A stretch of 64,000 bases of DNA, from positions 3,360,001 to 3,424,000 of the forward strand of contig CAVUDP010000002.1 in NCBI GenBank assembly GCA_963740315.1, given 5' to 3'. Position 1 is the first letter of the stretch. The number at the start of each line of letters is the position of its first letter. The position numbers and the translations under genes are program-made. Positions 62,325-64,000 of this stretch are shown here, one piece after another. Source of the DNA: an uncultured cyanobacterium (lineage in GTDB: Bacteria; Cyanobacteriota; Cyanobacteriia; Cyanobacteriales; Nostocaceae). The notes under the pieces were generated by a model. It was not told where the DNA came from, did not search any database, and saw only the letters and a program-made list of their open reading frames with translations.

Positions 62325-63221
62325 TCAAATATCAAGCAAAGCTATAAACTTTTTGATTAAACCAACTGTAACTCCTGGTAATTCTAACTGAGGTGTTAAC
62401 CCGACATTTTCCAATTGTTGAAAAACTTTAATTGCTTGGGGATTCATTTGCGCCAGACGCTGACCAATTTCGGGTCCGGTAAATTGCGATTTTTGTCCCC
62501 AAATAATTGCTGTAGGTATTGTTAATTGTTGAATGAATTGCGATAAATCAAAGCACAAGTCGCCACGTACAAAAGCCAGTGCCGCATATTCAGCATTTGG
62601 TTGTTTTGCAGATTCTAAATAAGCTTCCACAATTTCTTCGTAGACTCGATTAGAATTAGCAAATTGACGTTGTTCTAAAAAGCTACGAATACCACCGCTA
62701 GTTGCAACCCCAGTTGTATAAATTAATTTATCGAGAACTGGCGTACTAACTAACTGTGCGAAAAAGCTACGGGAATAGTTTTCACCAAAATCGGAAAGTC
62801 CTGCTGGAGTCGTAAGAATCAAAGATTTGAATAATTCTGGATGAGTTATGGCGACTCGAATTGTAAATGCTGCCGTTAAAGAAGAAGCAACTACCTTTAC
62901 CGCACCATCGCAGGTTTGCTGCAAAAACTCCGCGATCGCACTTAAGTAATCTTCAACTTGGTAGTTTCGCACTGGATGTTCCGATTCACCCCAACCGATT
63001 AAATCCGGCGCAATAATACGATATTCTGCTGCAAAGGCTGGATAAACTTTTGACCATTCATAGGCAGAAGAACCACCACCAAATCCGTGTAAGAATACCA
63101 AGGTTTCTTTATCTGTAGTGGCAGTCTTATTCTGCCAAGGAGAGCCTGTATTAGTATAGTAAATCATCCTACCTAATGAGGTATTTACCGAGCAGCGCTC
63201 AAATCCCAATGGCTGAAACAT
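62325..63221 (-). CDS. Alpha/beta fold hydrolase
   Basis: LVFLHGFGGG, APDLIGWGES, VASSLT. Confidence 0.92.
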   Translation of the reverse strand: MFQPLGFERCSVNTSLGRMIYYTNTGSPWQNKTATTDKETLVFLHGFGGGSSAYEWSKVYPAFAAEYRIIAPDLIGWGESEHPVRNYQVEDYLSAIAEFLQQTCDGAVKVVASSLTAAFTIRVAITHPELFKSLILTTPAGLSDFGENYSRSFFAQLVSTPVLDKLIYTTGVATSGGIRSFLEQRQFANSNRVYEEIVEAYLESAKQPNAEYAALAFVRGDLCFDLSQFIQQLTIPTAIIWGQKSQFTGPEIGQRLAQMNPQAIKVFQQLENVGLTPQLELPGVTVGLIKKFIALLDI

Positions 63222-63714
63222 AAATATTTGTGTTAATTGTGTCGCTATCTTTATGGGATGGGCGATTACCTGCGATTAAATCTGTATTCACGCAAAATAA
63301 AGCTTACCACTACTTTTATTATCAGCTAAATCTTCACACAATAACTTCTTACTTTGGAGAGATTGAAGCAAATGTAAATTTACTGCGTTTGTTGTAAAGA
63401 TTTGGTGTGTTTTTTTTCGCCACATTAAATGTTTAAGCTTAAGAAAACTGTATTTACAAGCTTTATACGGGTATGGAATATAACTTTAGACATAGGGTTG
63501 CTATCAAAATATTCTGATAGACTATCAGAAACATCACCGATAGGAATGAACGTCAACAAAGCTCAGAATATTGTTTAGCGATTCGCTCTTTGAGTGTAAT
63601 TGTTCTGAATGCTGCTTGTTGAAGATATAGTTTCTACGCTCTTAAATTCAATGCAGTCGGGAAAATGCAACATTTTTTATGTAATTAGTAATTGTAATTT
63701 TTATCTGAGTAATT

Positions 63715-64000
63715 GTGAAACAGGTTAATTTTAGATCCGGTGTAACAACGCTTGAGGAGCCTTACTTTAAGCAAGACATACTTAATAGTTATTCTCAAAG
63801 TTTTACATCAACTTATCCTTTTCAACGTCCTCAAAATGATACAATCAATTTCTTAGAAACTGAGTGTATTTTTTTACAATTGGACAAATTAAAATGCTTT
63901 GAAGTGGTAGAACGTCAATACGAAAGTAGAGGCGTAATTTTTAATAATTGTATTGCCATAGAACCTTCAAATCCGGCATTTCCACCTCGTTCTGGTGTAG
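63715..64000 (+). CDS. Hypothetical protein, 5' part only (runs off the window)
   Basis: GTG start, frame open to the edge: ...LKCFEVVERQYESRGVIFNNCIAIEPSNPAFPPRSGV. Confidence 0.6.
   Translation, partial: MKQVNFRSGVTTLEEPYFKQDILNSYSQSFTSTYPFQRPQNDTINFLETECIFLQLDKLKCFEVVERQYESRGVIFNNCIAIEPSNPAFPPRSGV

Overview
AT-rich chromosomal window from a filamentous, probably heterocystous (Nostocales-like) cyanobacterium. This is inferred from frequent HIP1 octamers (GCGATCGC), short tandemly repeated repetitive (STRR) tracts and the gene content. The core genes are lysS, rimP-nusA-ylxR-infB, bcp, an RND efflux pair, an S-formylglutathione hydrolase, Tab2, two M48 peptidases and signalling proteins. 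The accessory content is more interesting. (1) A minus-strand locus carries an 84-nt Y-RNA-like hairpin with a bulged C and permuted T-loop/D-arm-like motifs. It lies directly upstream of a divergent Ro60/TROVE-vWA gene and an ARPP-2-like protein with a C-terminal Fis-type HTH. This is a candidate minimal Ro/Y ribonucleoprotein system and the top finding. (2) An intact IscB with its omega/HEARO RNA, whose scaffold has been invaded by a 25-nt small dispersed repeat that also occurs elsewhere in the window. (3) A chaperone-usher-like pilus operon at the left edge, whose usher-like ORF is missing from the ORF track. (4) A DUF433/PIN toxin-antitoxin pair and a Clp-fold protease beside lysS. (5) Nested REP, SDR and MITE repeats, plus a structured rimP leader. 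Family names come from motif recognition by eye, and no database search was run.
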